In this document: positions 9,884 to 20,056 of the stretch, piece after piece
Layout of the letters: each line of letters begins with the position of its first letter
Position numbering within the stretch: the stretch's first letter is position 1
Origin: an uncultured Chloroflexia bacterium
GTDB taxonomy: Bacteria; Chloroflexota; Ktedonobacteria; Ktedonobacterales; JADMIN01
Direction: 5' to 3'
NCBI GenBank assembly: GCA_963712005.1
Contig: CAVQGK010000018.1
Coordinates: 105,503 to 169,502 of the forward strand
DNA length: 64,000 nucleotides
Notes under the pieces: model-generated
What the model was told of the DNA's origin: nothing
Databases searched by the model: none
The model's input: only the letters and a program-made list of their open reading frames with translations
Translations under genes and position numbers: made by a program

Positions 9884-10435
9884 ATGTTTCGTGGACGCAG
9901 AGAAGAACGCCGCGACGAGCGCGCGACCTTTGGGCGAGGCGGCAACGCGATACGCTATCAGATGCGCCAGCGCCTCGTCTCCATCGGGAATGACTACAAC
10001 ATCGAGAACGATCGCGGCGAGCACGCGTTCAAGGTGGATGGCAAAGCGCTACGCGTTCGCAACACGCTCATTTTCGAAGACCCCCAGGGCCGCGAGTTGT
10101 GCAAGATTCAGGAACGAATGTTGCGCGTGAAAGACACGATGGAGATCGAGGGACCGAACGGTGAGACGCTTGCTACGGTCAAGAAGGCGCTTATCACGCC
10201 GATCCGCGACCGCTGGACGGTAAAAGTGGGGAACGGTCCCGACCTGGAGATCCAGGGCAATATCGTCGATCACGAATATCAGATGGAGGCGGGTGGCCAC
10301 AAAGTCGCCGAGGTATCGAAGAAGTGGTTCCGCGTAGCGGACACGTACGGTGTCGAGATCGAGCCTGGCCAGAATGATGTGGTCATCCTGGCGGCGACGG
10401 CAGCGATAGACATGATGGCGCATCCAGACCGTTGA
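9884..10435 (+). CDS. LURP-one-related (DUF567, tubby-like fold) protein
   Basis: YQMRQRLVSIGNDYNIENDRGEHAFKVDGKALRVRNTLIFEDPQGRELCKIQERMLRVKDTMEI matches the bacterial LURP-one-related pattern. Confidence 0.75.
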   Translation: MFRGRREERRDERATFGRGGNAIRYQMRQRLVSIGNDYNIENDRGEHAFKVDGKALRVRNTLIFEDPQGRELCKIQERMLRVKDTMEIEGPNGETLATVKKALITPIRDRWTVKVGNGPDLEIQGNIVDHEYQMEAGGHKVAEVSKKWFRVADTYGVEIEPGQNDVVILAATAAIDMMAHPDR

Positions 10436-10625
10436 TCCCGCCCGGCTACGCTATTCTGAGTCGCTGACCCATATCCATACCCTGCCCTCTCGCGTTGCCC
10501 GGAGAGGGACAGGGATACACCAGGAGCAGGCTATTTAGCGCCTCGCTCCTACTTCCGCTCATGCTGCTGATACTACCCATGTGCTACCCGGAAATCAGAA
10601 TCTTCCGCTGAAAGGGGATTGTGGC

Positions 10626-12977
10626 ATGTCACTCAAGGAATACAAACCCGGAACAGCGTTCTCTGGTGTCATCGGGCTGACCACGGATCAGTCCAGCCCG
10701 GCATGGCCCGAACCGCTCCGCGCGCGGGATGGCGCGCCAAATGTCCTGTTTATCGTGTTGGATGATACCGGCTACGGCCAGCTCGGCTGTTTTGGTAGCC
10801 CCATCGAGACGCCCAACCTGGACGCGCTGGCGGCGAACGGATTGCGCTACAGCAATATGCACACCACCGCGCTCTGCTCGCCTACTCGTTCGTGTATCAT
10901 CACCGGGCGCAACCACCACTCCAACGCCATGGCGTGCATTACCGAAGGCGCCACCGGCTATCCCGGATATAACGGCCAGGTTCCGTTCGAGAACGGCTTC
11001 CTCTCGGAAATGCTGCTGTTGAACGGGTACAACACGTACATGATCGGGAAATATCACCTCCTGCCCTCTGAGCAGGAATCCGCCGCTGGCCCCTACGATC
11101 GCTGGCCGCTGGCGCGGGGCTTCGAGCGCTTCTACGGCTTCCTTGGCGGTGATACCTCGCAGTACTATCCCGACCTGGTCTACGATAACCATCAGGTCGA
11201 GCCACCACGGACGCCCGAAGAGGGATACCATCTGACCGAGGATCTGGCCGACAAGGCTATCCAGTTCATCGCCGACGCCAAGCAGGTGGCGCCAAATAAA
11301 CCGTTCTATCTGCATTTCTGCCCAGGCGCCACGCATGCTCCGCACCACGTTCCCAAGGAGTGGGCTGACAAGTACAAGGGAGCGTTCGACGATGGCTGGG
11401 ACGCCTATCGCGAGAAGGTTCTTGCCCGCCAGAAGGAGTTGGGCATCCTCCCGGACAACGCCGAGCTCTCGCGCCATGACCCAGATGTGCCCGACTGGGA
11501 GACACTCGCACCCGAGCGGAAGAAGCTCTACGCCCGCATGATGGAGGTCTTCGCTGGCTTCCTCGCGCATACCGACTTCCACATCGGACGTGTAGTGGAG
11601 TACCTTAAGTCCATTGGCGAGTTCGACAACACGCTCATCATGGTCATTTCGGATAACGGCGCCAGCGCTGAGGGTGGCCCTACGGGCACGACCAATGAGT
11701 TGCAGTTTTTCAACAACGCGCAGGAGACACTCGCAGAGAGCCTGGCGAAGCTAGATGAGTTGGGTAGCCCCAAGACCTTCAACCACTATCCCTGGGGCTG
11801 GACGTGGGCGGGCAATACGCCGTTCCGCCGCTGGAAGCGCGAGACATATCGTGGCGGTACCAGTGACCCGTTCATCGTGCACTGGCCACAGCGCATCGCG
11901 GCGAAAGGCGAAATCCGCGCGCAGTACGCCCACGCGATTGACATGGTTCCAACCGTGCTGGACGCGCTGGGTATCGAGGCGCCAGCGGTCATCAAGGGTG
12001 TCACACAGGCTCCCATCGAGGGCGTGAGTTTTGCCCACACCTTCCGCGACGCCACAGCGCCCACACAGCATAGCACACAGTACTTCGAGATGTTCGGCCA
12101 TCGCTCGCTCGATCACGATGGCTGGCGCGCCGTCTGTCCTTGGCCGGGCCTATCCTTTAAAGAGGCAGGCAAGCCCTTCGGCGCGCCCATCTCGGCCGAG
12201 ACACTGGCCGATCTAGATGCCCATCATTGGGAGCTTTACCACGTCGCTAAAGATATTGCTGAGAACCACAATGTTGCCGACGAGAACCGCGAACGACTCA
12301 TCGGGATGATCGCCGCCTGGTATGTTGAGGCAGGTAAGTACAAAGTGCTGCCGATTGACGGGAGTGCTGTGCTGCGGATGGCCACCGAGCGTCCGCAAAT
12401 CACAGTGGCGCATACCCACTATACCTACTTCCCAGACACGCAGACGGTTCCCTGGTTCGCCGCTGTCCATGTCCTCAACCGCTCGCACAGCATCACCGCT
12501 GACGTCGAGATTCCCAGGGACGGCGCGGAGGGCGTGCTGCTATGCCAGGGTACGGGGATGGGCGGCTATGCGCTCTACATCAAGGACGGCCTGCTCAAGT
12601 ACGCTCACAACTATCTCGGCAGGGCGATCTACGGGGTAGTGTCAGACGCGCCGGTCCCGGAAGGCCGTCATCAGTTGCGCTTCGAGTTTGAAGTGACCGG
12701 ACAGCCAGACATTCCGCACGGCAAAGGCGCGTCAGGGCGTGGCCAGCTGTATGTGGACGGCAAGCTCGTCGGAGCGGCTGATATTCCAGTCACCACCCCG
12801 CTTATTTTCAACCCGGGCGGCCTCACGTGTGGCGCCAATCCGAGCGTGCCAGTCACACCCGAGTATCAGTCGCCATTCAAGTTCACTGGCACGATCCATG
12901 AAATAACAGTGGACGTCAGCGGCGACCTGATAAAAGATGACGAAGCCGAGCTGAGCGCGGTCATGGCCCGACAGTAA
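10626..12977 (+). CDS. Arylsulfatase (formylglycine-dependent sulfatase family)
   Basis: Sulfatase active-site motif CSPTRSCIITGRNHH, plus LFIVLDDTGYGQLGCFGS and a long C-terminal domain. ATG at 10626 follows aaggggattgtggc. Confidence 0.9.
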   Translation: MSLKEYKPGTAFSGVIGLTTDQSSPAWPEPLRARDGAPNVLFIVLDDTGYGQLGCFGSPIETPNLDALAANGLRYSNMHTTALCSPTRSCIITGRNHHSNAMACITEGATGYPGYNGQVPFENGFLSEMLLLNGYNTYMIGKYHLLPSEQESAAGPYDRWPLARGFERFYGFLGGDTSQYYPDLVYDNHQVEPPRTPEEGYHLTEDLADKAIQFIADAKQVAPNKPFYLHFCPGATHAPHHVPKEWADKYKGAFDDGWDAYREKVLARQKELGILPDNAELSRHDPDVPDWETLAPERKKLYARMMEVFAGFLAHTDFHIGRVVEYLKSIGEFDNTLIMVISDNGASAEGGPTGTTNELQFFNNAQETLAESLAKLDELGSPKTFNHYPWGWTWAGNTPFRRWKRETYRGGTSDPFIVHWPQRIAAKGEIRAQYAHAIDMVPTVLDALGIEAPAVIKGVTQAPIEGVSFAHTFRDATAPTQHSTQYFEMFGHRSLDHDGWRAVCPWPGLSFKEAGKPFGAPISAETLADLDAHHWELYHVAKDIAENHNVADENRERLIGMIAAWYVEAGKYKVLPIDGSAVLRMATERPQITVAHTHYTYFPDTQTVPWFAAVHVLNRSHSITADVEIPRDGAEGVLLCQGTGMGGYALYIKDGLLKYAHNYLGRAIYGVVSDAPVPEGRHQLRFEFEVTGQPDIPHGKGASGRGQLYVDGKLVGAADIPVTTPLIFNPGGLTCGANPSVPVTPEYQSPFKFTGTIHEITVDVSGDLIKDDEAELSAVMARQ

Positions 12978-13141
12978 CAACGCTTTGGCATTCAGTATGA
13001 GGAGAGCGCTGTATGCGCTGACACGGCGGGCCGATAGAGACGGAGACGCCGAACACTGACCGAGTCGCCGCCGCAGCCGTTCGATCATACGACACGATGG
13101 CAGTATGACAGCGGTATGGCGGCGGCACGGAGGGTAACCGT

Positions 13142-13813
13142 GTGGGAAGCGTCCTCGTCCAACTGATTCCCCTCGTCATTGGTAGCGTAATGATGCCAAC
13201 GTGGGTCTTGCTTGTCGTCGTGCTGCTCAGAACTGGACGCGGACCCATCGAGGCCATCGCGTTTGTCTCCGGCATCGTCGTGGTGAAGCTCTTGCAAGGG
13301 CTTATCTTCGGGGCAATCTTCGGCGCATATGATGTGAACCATCATCGAAGCGAGATCGAGGCGATCATTGTCTCGACCCTGCTGATAGTCGTCGGGCTGC
13401 TGATGTGGGTAGCGGCGCTGAAGCTGTTCATCCAGGGCGATGACCCCGATGGTCCGCCGCCTGCGTGGACCAGGATGGTCAACTCGATCACGCCACTCAG
13501 GGCATTTGGTCTGGGGACGGTGCTCGTGACCACCTCGTCGCGCTCATGGCTTTTCACGCTGGCAGCGATTGGCATCATCACTCGGGCTGATCTGGGTCCC
13601 GCCCTGAGTATCCTGACTTTTCTGATCTACATCTTGGGAACGGTATCGCTGGTGATGACACCCATCATTCTCTCAATCCACTCGCCGGGGCGGTTCGACG
13701 CCGCGGCCTACTGGCTGGAGAAACATGAGCGCGTCGTCATGATCGTGGCCTCCCTCGCTGTTGGCGCATTCTTCATCTGGAACGGTGTGAGCAGCCTCTT
13801 GGCATTGGGATAA
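13142..13813 (+). CDS. GAP/Sap-family integral membrane protein
   Basis: 223-aa six-TM ORF with N-terminus MGSVLVQLIPLVIGSVMMPTWVLLVVVLL, typical of GAP family proteins. Confidence 0.6.
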   Translation: MGSVLVQLIPLVIGSVMMPTWVLLVVVLLRTGRGPIEAIAFVSGIVVVKLLQGLIFGAIFGAYDVNHHRSEIEAIIVSTLLIVVGLLMWVAALKLFIQGDDPDGPPPAWTRMVNSITPLRAFGLGTVLVTTSSRSWLFTLAAIGIITRADLGPALSILTFLIYILGTVSLVMTPIILSIHSPGRFDAAAYWLEKHERVVMIVASLAVGAFFIWNGVSSLLALG

Positions 13814-13989
13814 CTTCCTCGCACATCGAAAGCCAGCAAATGTCCCGACTGCGCTGACCTCGAAATAGTAATCATCTCCATACTCTCGCTGTTCAGGTGT
13901 TATAGTGCCCTGCGCAGACGCCCGCGCTTTTTCTAGCGATATTATTTGACGTTATTTGTTAGATTTTTATTAGTATATAGTTAGATGTC

Positions 13990-14018
13990 TTGACATGTGA
14001 CATGAACCGTTTTATCCT
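13990..14018 (+). promoter_or_regulatory. Sigma-70-like promoter of hsp20 (TTGACA-17-TATCCT)
   Basis: TTGACA at 13990-13995, a 17-nt spacer, then TATCCT at 14013-14018. It lies in a conspicuously AT-rich stretch about 80 nt upstream of the hsp20 ATG. Confidence 0.5.
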
Positions 14019-14066
14019 CTTGAATGTCGAAACGTGCTGCGGCATTCACTGGCGCCGCGGCAGTTG

Positions 14067-14085
14067 TTGCTCAACTTCTGAGTAA
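14067..14085 (+). promoter_or_regulatory. Inverted repeat TTGCTCA-N5-TGAGTAA abutting the hsp20 Shine-Dalgarno
   Basis: The 7-nt arms pair fully if one G-U pair is allowed, and the 3' arm overlaps the start of aaggagg. It could be a protein operator or an RNA thermometer stem. Confidence 0.35.
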
Positions 14086-14099
14086 GGAGGTAGTCTACT

Positions 14100-14657
14100 A
14101 TGTCTTCGCTCACTCGTTGGAACCCAATGTCCGAGACGACCAGCCTGCGCGACGCCGTGAACCAGCTTATGGAGCGGGCCGTAATGGGCCCCCCCTTCGG
14201 GTGGGGGGCGCTCGGCAACACCTACGGCGCAATGAACGTGTTTGAGGCGGGAGAGAGCTACTACTGCCAGGTGCTCCTGCCGGGCGCTTCCCTACAGGAT
14301 ATTGACCTAACGGTGCGCCAGAACACGCTTATTCTCAAAGGCAAGATCGCTGAGCCGATCACCGAGGAGCAGCAAAAGGGAGTGGTATACCTACTGCGCG
14401 AGTTCGGCGCGGGCGACTTCAGCCGCTCGATCACCTTCCCGAAGGATGTGGGTGGCGATGGCGTCCAGGCGCGCTACGCGAATGGCATCCTGACGATTGA
14501 GATACCCGTCGCCGAGCATGCCCAGCCACGGCGGATTACGATCCAGGAGGGCGCTGATGGGCAATCAAAGCGCCAGATTGTGGAAGGGCAGCCAACCCCC
14601 TCAGGGGTATCGCATGAATCTGATGCCGCAACCACGGGGGTAAATAGTCACAAGTGA
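14100..14657 (+). CDS. Hsp20/alpha-crystallin small heat shock protein
   Basis: Alpha-crystallin domain (MNVFEAGESYYCQVLLPGASLQDIDLTV...FSRSITFPKDV...ARYANGILTIEIP). RBS aaggagg. Confidence 0.9.
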   Translation: MSSLTRWNPMSETTSLRDAVNQLMERAVMGPPFGWGALGNTYGAMNVFEAGESYYCQVLLPGASLQDIDLTVRQNTLILKGKIAEPITEEQQKGVVYLLREFGAGDFSRSITFPKDVGGDGVQARYANGILTIEIPVAEHAQPRRITIQEGADGQSKRQIVEGQPTPSGVSHESDAATTGVNSHK

Positions 14658-14742
14658 TATGTAGCGATGCGAATAGCCGTGAGCCAGCGTCGTCTCTCGG
14701 CTGTTCGCGTCGCAGGCTACCGCATTAGAGGGCACGAGCGGC

Positions 14743-14795
14743 GAGGCATGGTCGGCTGGACATCACTTATTCGGCTGGCCGTGCCTCAGCCTTTT
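14743..14795 (+). terminator. Stem-loop plus T-tract after hsp20
   Basis: gaggcatggtcggctgg...ccggctggccgtgcctc forms a long stem with G-U pairs, followed by agcctttt. Confidence 0.45.
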
Positions 14796-14911
14796 GGGAA
14801 ACAAATGGGCTGAATGTATACTTATACTTGTGAGAAGCGGAGAAGCCAGGCGACTTCGGCGAGGAAGGTCTCTATAGGCCGAATTACCATTAGATTGCGA
14901 GATGAAGAGCT

Positions 14912-15298
14912 ATGCCCCGCAAACCCTATGGACCCAGACGTGGCAACCTCAATAGCGTTCCCAAATATTCCATCGCCGTGGCCTCCGATCTCTCTGGCGT
15001 TCCCCAGCAGCAACTGCGACGGATGGAGGAAAGCGGTCTAATTACACCCCAGCGCACGGACGGAAAAACGCGCCGCTATTCGGATGACGATATGACGCGG
15101 ATTGCCGAGGTTGGCGACCTGGCAAACGATGGGATCAACGCGGCAGGAATCCTCTATATTCGCAAGCTGCGCGAAGAGATGGAAGCCTTGCGCGCGGAGA
15201 ATGAAGCGCTACGCCAGCAACTTGCCGCCTTGCAGGATGCGTTACAGACCGCATTGAATCAAGAGAATGAACCAGCGACAGCGGCCAGCAACGAGTAA
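14912..15298 (+). CDS. hspR: MerR-family heat-shock regulator (HspR-like)
   Basis: YSIAVASDLSGVPQQQLRRMEESGLITPQRTDGKTRRYSDDDM is a MerR HTH. It has a C-terminal coiled coil and lies next to hsp20. Confidence 0.7.
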   Translation: MPRKPYGPRRGNLNSVPKYSIAVASDLSGVPQQQLRRMEESGLITPQRTDGKTRRYSDDDMTRIAEVGDLANDGINAAGILYIRKLREEMEALRAENEALRQQLAALQDALQTALNQENEPATAASNE

Positions 15299-15421
15299 GT
15301 GGCTCGTGAGCGAGTCGTGAGTGTCTCGGGTAAGCGTGAGCATGCTATGATACGCTGGACTGCGCGACGAGTGGACGCGCGCGAAAATCGTCTGACGACA
15401 TCAACATCAATGGAGATACCT

Positions 15422-17050
15422 ATGGCCGCCTATGACGCCGCGAACGTCCCCGCCGATGCTGTGCTTGGAAAGATTGGATTGCCCGCGCCGATGCGCGACC
15501 TAGCGGCGCAACGCTGGGATGCCATCATCGTGGGCGCGGGCCACAACGGGCTGACCTGCGCGGCCTACCTCGCGCGGGCGGGCAAGCGGGTGCTTGTGCT
15601 GGAGGCGCGCGAGCGGGTCGGCGGCGCCTGCACGCTGGAGGAGCTGTGGGAAAGTCGGGGCGGCGTCAAGATGTCGCCCTGCGCCTACCTCGTCGGCCTG
15701 CTGCATCCGCTGGTGGTCGACGAGCTGAAGATGCGCGAGCACGGTTTCTCCTGGACGCCCGCGACCAACGGCCTCTTCGTGCCGTTCGACGATGGCAGCA
15801 GCATCCAGCTTTGGGAGGATGACGCCGCCTGCGAGGAGGAGATTCGTCGCTTCTCGCCGCACGATGTCAATGGCTGGCGCGCGATGCAGAGCGTGATGTC
15901 GCGGCTGCGCCAGGCAATACGCCCGGATGGGGAGCGCGACGCCTGGCTGGGCGAGCCACCAACCCGTGAAGAACTAGACGACCGCATCGGCCACGACGAG
16001 GAGCTACGCGGGCTACTCTTCAACTGGAGCATCGCGGAGTACGTCGAGCGCTATCTCGAAGACGAGCGCCTACAGCTTGCCTACTACGGTCAGGGCATCA
16101 TCGGCACGCACGCCTCGCCGTTCGACAAGGGCACCGCCTTCATCCACTTCCATCACTCGTCCGGCGGCCTGGATGGGCTGCGCGGCGTCTGGGGCTACGT
16201 GACCGGCGGGATGGGCCGCGTCTCATTCATCCTCTGTGATATCGCCCGCGAACTGGGCGCCACCGTCGCGGCGGGCGTCCCGGTGGCGCGCATTCTCCCC
16301 GGCGAGGGCGTCCAGTTGGACGACGGCACGACGATTCACGCGCCGGTGGTCGTCAGCAACGCCGATCCGCGCGTCACGCTCCGGCTGCTGGGCGAGCAGG
16401 CGGATGGCGCATGGCAGCGGCAGGTAGAGTCAGTGCCGATTCAGGGCTGCACGGTGAAGTTCAATATGCTGCTGAATGAACTGCCCAACTTCACCGCCCG
16501 CCCCGGCATGAACGAGCCGCACCACGCCGGGCAGATCAATACGCCGCTCTCGAAGCAACAGTGGCGCGACGGCTACGCGGCGATGGAGTGCGGTGAGCTA
16601 CCTGAGCAACTCTGGACGGAGCTTTACTTCCAGACGGTGCACGATCCCTCGGTGGCGCCCGATGGGATGCACACGATGAGCGTCTTCTCGCAATACGTGC
16701 CCTATGAGTTCGCTGATGGGACATGGGATTCGCGCCGTGAAGAGGTGAAGCAACTTGGCATCGCCAGCATCGGGCGCTACGTCAGCAACTTCCCCGACGC
16801 GGTGGTGGAGGTCGATGTGCTCGGCCCGCCAGATATCGAACGCGAGGTGGGGCTGACCGGCGGCCACATCTTCCAGGGCGACTGCCTGCCGCAGTATATG
16901 TGGGACCAGCGGCTGCGCTATCGCACGCCGATGGAGGGCGTCTATCTCTGCGGCGCCTGCACGCATCCCGGCGGCAGCGTGATCGCGGCCAACGGGCGCA
17001 ACGCGGCGATGGCGGTGCTCCGCGAGACGAACCGTGAGTTAGTGCCATGA
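15422..17050 (+). CDS. Phytoene-desaturase-family NAD(P)/FAD-dependent oxidoreductase (CrtI-like)
   Basis: Rossmann motif WDAIIVGAGHNGLTCAAYLARAGKRVLVLEARERVGG. The C-terminal GACTHPGGSV motif is typical of this family. ATG at 15422 follows ggagatacct. Confidence 0.85.
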   Translation: MAAYDAANVPADAVLGKIGLPAPMRDLAAQRWDAIIVGAGHNGLTCAAYLARAGKRVLVLEARERVGGACTLEELWESRGGVKMSPCAYLVGLLHPLVVDELKMREHGFSWTPATNGLFVPFDDGSSIQLWEDDAACEEEIRRFSPHDVNGWRAMQSVMSRLRQAIRPDGERDAWLGEPPTREELDDRIGHDEELRGLLFNWSIAEYVERYLEDERLQLAYYGQGIIGTHASPFDKGTAFIHFHHSSGGLDGLRGVWGYVTGGMGRVSFILCDIARELGATVAAGVPVARILPGEGVQLDDGTTIHAPVVVSNADPRVTLRLLGEQADGAWQRQVESVPIQGCTVKFNMLLNELPNFTARPGMNEPHHAGQINTPLSKQQWRDGYAAMECGELPEQLWTELYFQTVHDPSVAPDGMHTMSVFSQYVPYEFADGTWDSRREEVKQLGIASIGRYVSNFPDAVVEVDVLGPPDIEREVGLTGGHIFQGDCLPQYMWDQRLRYRTPMEGVYLCGACTHPGGSVIAANGRNAAMAVLRETNRELVP

Positions 17051-17958
17051 CGCTCAGTTACAGCACCATCTGCGAGCGACTGCGGGCGCACGCGAAATAC
17101 ACCCCTGAAGCTGATTTTGGTGAGGGTCGTTTAGAATACCCACCTGCCTCTGAGCTATCGGTCCAGGTGTGTGAAGTGAAACTGGGATTCAAGTTACCGC
17201 CAATGCTACGTGAAATCTATAAGACCGTTGGCAACGGCGGTAACTTTTGGCCAGGATACGATTTTGCCACCATAGATGACCTCGTTGAGCAACATGACGG
17301 CTATCTTCGTTACAGTGTATCCTCACGCGATCAAAGCCGCCTGTTCGATGATGCGACCGTCGAGGCATTACGCGCCCATCCCGGCGCATATGCGTGTCCC
17401 GAACATCTACCGGATGGCTTTCTACGACTTGTGCATACCGGCTGCAATGTCTGGACCAACCTGGAAGGTTCTACGGGGCGCCTTTATCTCAATGATGAGG
17501 TTCCCGAGGATGCAACAGGCTACAGCTTTTGCGCAGATTCCCTTGAGGAATGGCTGGAACGCAGTTTGTCGGTTCTATCGTCCCGGAGCAACGAGGGCCG
17601 CTACCAGCCGCATTACCCATTAACCACTGAACTAGCCAACGGTAGTGGAGAAGGCGAAACGCAAACCGAGAAGCAAGAGGCCGACGATGGGATGACGATG
17701 CCACATCATCACCAGTACAGAGATGGGATGGCTGATTTTCGTAATCAACTGCTCACGGGGCTGGAAAAGGCGCGGATGGAAATCACCCGGCAGATTTACG
17801 GAGTAGATGCCATGCAACGTAGCATTACGGAGAGTAATTGGCCAACTTCTTCTAAGCATGATTGGTTGTTCGATCTGAGTTTGACGATGCGTGAACTGGC
17901 AGAGTCTGAAGCTCAGCTTGACCACTCGATAGCGGCGCCCTGGCTGTTCAGGTCGTGA
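17047..17958 (+). CDS. SMI1/KNR4 (SUKH-1) family protein
   Basis: KLGFKLPPMLREIYKTVGNGGNFWPGYDF is the SMI1/KNR4 signature. Its ATG overlaps the upstream stop (gccATGAcg). The gene looks less GC-rich than its neighbours. Confidence 0.65.
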   Translation: MTLSYSTICERLRAHAKYTPEADFGEGRLEYPPASELSVQVCEVKLGFKLPPMLREIYKTVGNGGNFWPGYDFATIDDLVEQHDGYLRYSVSSRDQSRLFDDATVEALRAHPGAYACPEHLPDGFLRLVHTGCNVWTNLEGSTGRLYLNDEVPEDATGYSFCADSLEEWLERSLSVLSSRSNEGRYQPHYPLTTELANGSGEGETQTEKQEADDGMTMPHHHQYRDGMADFRNQLLTGLEKARMEITRQIYGVDAMQRSITESNWPTSSKHDWLFDLSLTMRELAESEAQLDHSIAAPWLFRS

Positions 17959-18004
17959 CACCACAATATTCGAGCAATCACAGCGAAGTGAAAGAGTAAT
18001 TCCA

Positions 18005-19117
18005 ATGCCCATACAGACGCGCGCGGCAGTGCTGCGCAACTACGATTCGCCGCTGACTGTGGAAGAGATCGTGCTGGACGAGCCGGAGTCGGGTGAGGTG
18101 GTCGTGCGGCTGGCGGCGTGTGGCGTCTGCCACTCCGACCTGCATATGGTCAGCCCCGTCTTCAAGGAGGCGCTGCCCGCCGTGCTCGGCCACGAGGGCG
18201 CCGGTATCGTCGAGCGCGTTGGTCCGCAGGTGACTAGCGTCGCGCCCGGCGATCATGTCGTGCTTACCTGGATTCCCAGTTGCGGCCGCTGTCGCTACTG
18301 CGCCACCGGACGGCCCGCGCTCTGCAACAACCGCCAAGGCGTCGAGCGTAGCGGCGGCGCGATACGACGACGGCTGCATGATACCGGGGGCGAGGGCATT
18401 CACCAGCTGCTCGATGCGGGCGCGTTCGCCGAACATGTGCTGGTGCGCGAGGAGGGCGTCATCCCAATAGCCGCCGATATTCCCCTGGAGGTCGCCTCGC
18501 TGATTGGCTGTGGCGTGCTGACGGGCCTTGGGGCGGTCACTCGTACGGCACGCGTGGAGCCGGGCAGCGTCGTCGCCGTCATCGGCGCGGGCGGAGTCGG
18601 CCTCAACGTCATCCAGGGGGCGGCATTGGTCGGCGCGGCGCGCATTATCGCGGTGGATATGCGTCCGGCGGCGCTTGAGATGGCCCGCCAATTCGGCGCG
18701 ACAGATACCGTAGACGCCAGCGACCCGACGAACAGCAATCCAGCCAAGGCGCTGCGCCAGATGACCGGCGGCGGGGTGGACTATAGCTTCGAGGTGGTCG
18801 GCAGGCCAGAGACCGTCGCCCAGGCGTGGGAGTGTCTCGCGCCCGGTGGGACAGCCGTCGCGGTGGGGCTGACGCCGCAGAACGCAACCGTTCCGCTGCG
18901 CGCCGACTTCCTGAGCGAGAAGACGCTCAAGGGCTGCATCTTCGGCTCCTCGATCCCACGGGTTGACGTGCCGCGCGCGCTCAGCCTCTATCGCAGTGGC
19001 CGCCTCAAACTAGATGAACTGGTGGCGCAGCGCTACCCGCTCGACGCGGTCAACGACGCGCTCGACGCACTCCGTGCGGGGACAAGCGGACGCGGCGTGC
19101 TGGTATTTGGGGGGTAG
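18005..19117 (+). CDS. Zn-dependent alcohol dehydrogenase (MDR superfamily)
   Basis: GVCHSDLH catalytic Zn motif, CGRCRYCATGRPALC structural Zn motif, and the GAGGVGLNVIQGA Rossmann motif. Confidence 0.9.
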   Translation: MPIQTRAAVLRNYDSPLTVEEIVLDEPESGEVVVRLAACGVCHSDLHMVSPVFKEALPAVLGHEGAGIVERVGPQVTSVAPGDHVVLTWIPSCGRCRYCATGRPALCNNRQGVERSGGAIRRRLHDTGGEGIHQLLDAGAFAEHVLVREEGVIPIAADIPLEVASLIGCGVLTGLGAVTRTARVEPGSVVAVIGAGGVGLNVIQGAALVGAARIIAVDMRPAALEMARQFGATDTVDASDPTNSNPAKALRQMTGGGVDYSFEVVGRPETVAQAWECLAPGGTAVAVGLTPQNATVPLRADFLSEKTLKGCIFGSSIPRVDVPRALSLYRSGRLKLDELVAQRYPLDAVNDALDALRAGTSGRGVLVFGG

Positions 19118-19225
19118 GCAGCGCATAACGTAAAAGGTGAGGTCCAGGGAATACCCATCCCTGGACCTCGTTGTGTCGCCCATTTGCGCACACCAACACG
19201 TTTACAAGAATTGCCCAGAAAGCCT

Positions 19226-20056
19226 CTAGAGCCTGTTATGCACTAGCAGTACAGGAATCTGGCGATGCAGCATCAGGCAGGCAAAGGCCACGAAATGCAG
19301 ACCCGCCAAGACCTCGGGCAGCCGCTCGTAGTCACGCGCCAAGCGGCGGAAGCGGGAGGCCCAGGCAAAGCCGCGCTCGACGACCCAGCGGCGCGGCAGG
19401 AGGACAAAGCCGTGCTTGGCCGCGGGCAGCTTGACCACTTCCAGGCGGATACCATGTGCTTGGGCGGCATCGGCAGCATCTTGGCCGGTGTAGCCTTGAT
19501 CCACGTAGGCGACTGCCACCGACTCCCCCGTTACTTCCTGCACCGCGGCGCTCAAGCGTTCAACCTGCGCCCGATCCTGGGCATCCGCCGGAGTGACATG
19601 GAGCGCGAGCAGATGGCCCAGCGTGTCGACGGCGGCATGCACTTTGGAGCCCTTCCGGCGCTTGTGCCCGTCGTACCCGCCCCGTGCGCCGCTTTCCGGC
19701 GTCGATTGCAGGGTACGACTGTCGAGAATCGCGGCCGACGGCTGGCCCGGGCGCCCCGCGGCCACGCGGAGCAGCAGACGCAGGTCGTCGACCATCGCCT
19801 CGAAGACGCCGGCGGTCAGCCAGCGGCGGGTCTGTTGATAGACGGCTTCCCAGCGCGGGAAGTCATGGGGCAACAGGCGCCATTCCGCGCCCGTGCGCAC
19901 CAGCCAGCGGAGCGCGTTGAAGACCTCGCGCAGGTCGTGCCGTCGTTGCGGCGCGTCTTCCCGCACCAGGGCCAAATACGGCGCGACGAAGGCCCATTCT
20001 TCGTCGCTGACATCACTGGGGTAGGGTTTGCGTGGAGCAAGTGGTGGAGTAGCCAT
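19226..20056 (-). CDS. IS5-family DDE transposase with DUF4096 N-terminal domain
   Basis: 276-aa ORF: [17 protein letters not shown]...[15 protein letters not shown] (DUF4096), then DSRTLQST...[10 protein letters not shown]...YVDQGYTG...[11 protein letters not shown] (DDE_Tnp_1). Confidence 0.9.
   Translation of the reverse strand: MATPPLAPRKPYPSDVSDEEWAFVAPYLALVREDAPQRRHDLREVFNALRWLVRTGAEWRLLPHDFPRWEAVYQQTRRWLTAGVFEAMVDDLRLLLRVAAGRPGQPSAAILDSRTLQSTPESGARGGYDGHKRRKGSKVHAAVDTLGHLLALHVTPADAQDRAQVERLSAAVQEVTGESVAVAYVDQGYTGQDAADAAQAHGIRLEVVKLPAAKHGFVLLPRRWVVERGFAWASRFRRLARDYERLPEVLAGLHFVAFACLMLHRQIPVLLVHNRL

Noticed and set aside
10629-11582. 317-aa minus-strand ORF
   Set aside because: It lies wholly inside, and antisense to, the arylsulfatase gene with its CSPTR active-site motif. 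It has no motifs of its own.
14067-14085. Canonical HspR operator (HAIR, CTTGAGT-N7-ACTCAAG)
   Set aside because: The half-site orientation and spacing differ (TTGCTCA-N5-TGAGTAA). It is kept only as a candidate variant operator or RNA hairpin.
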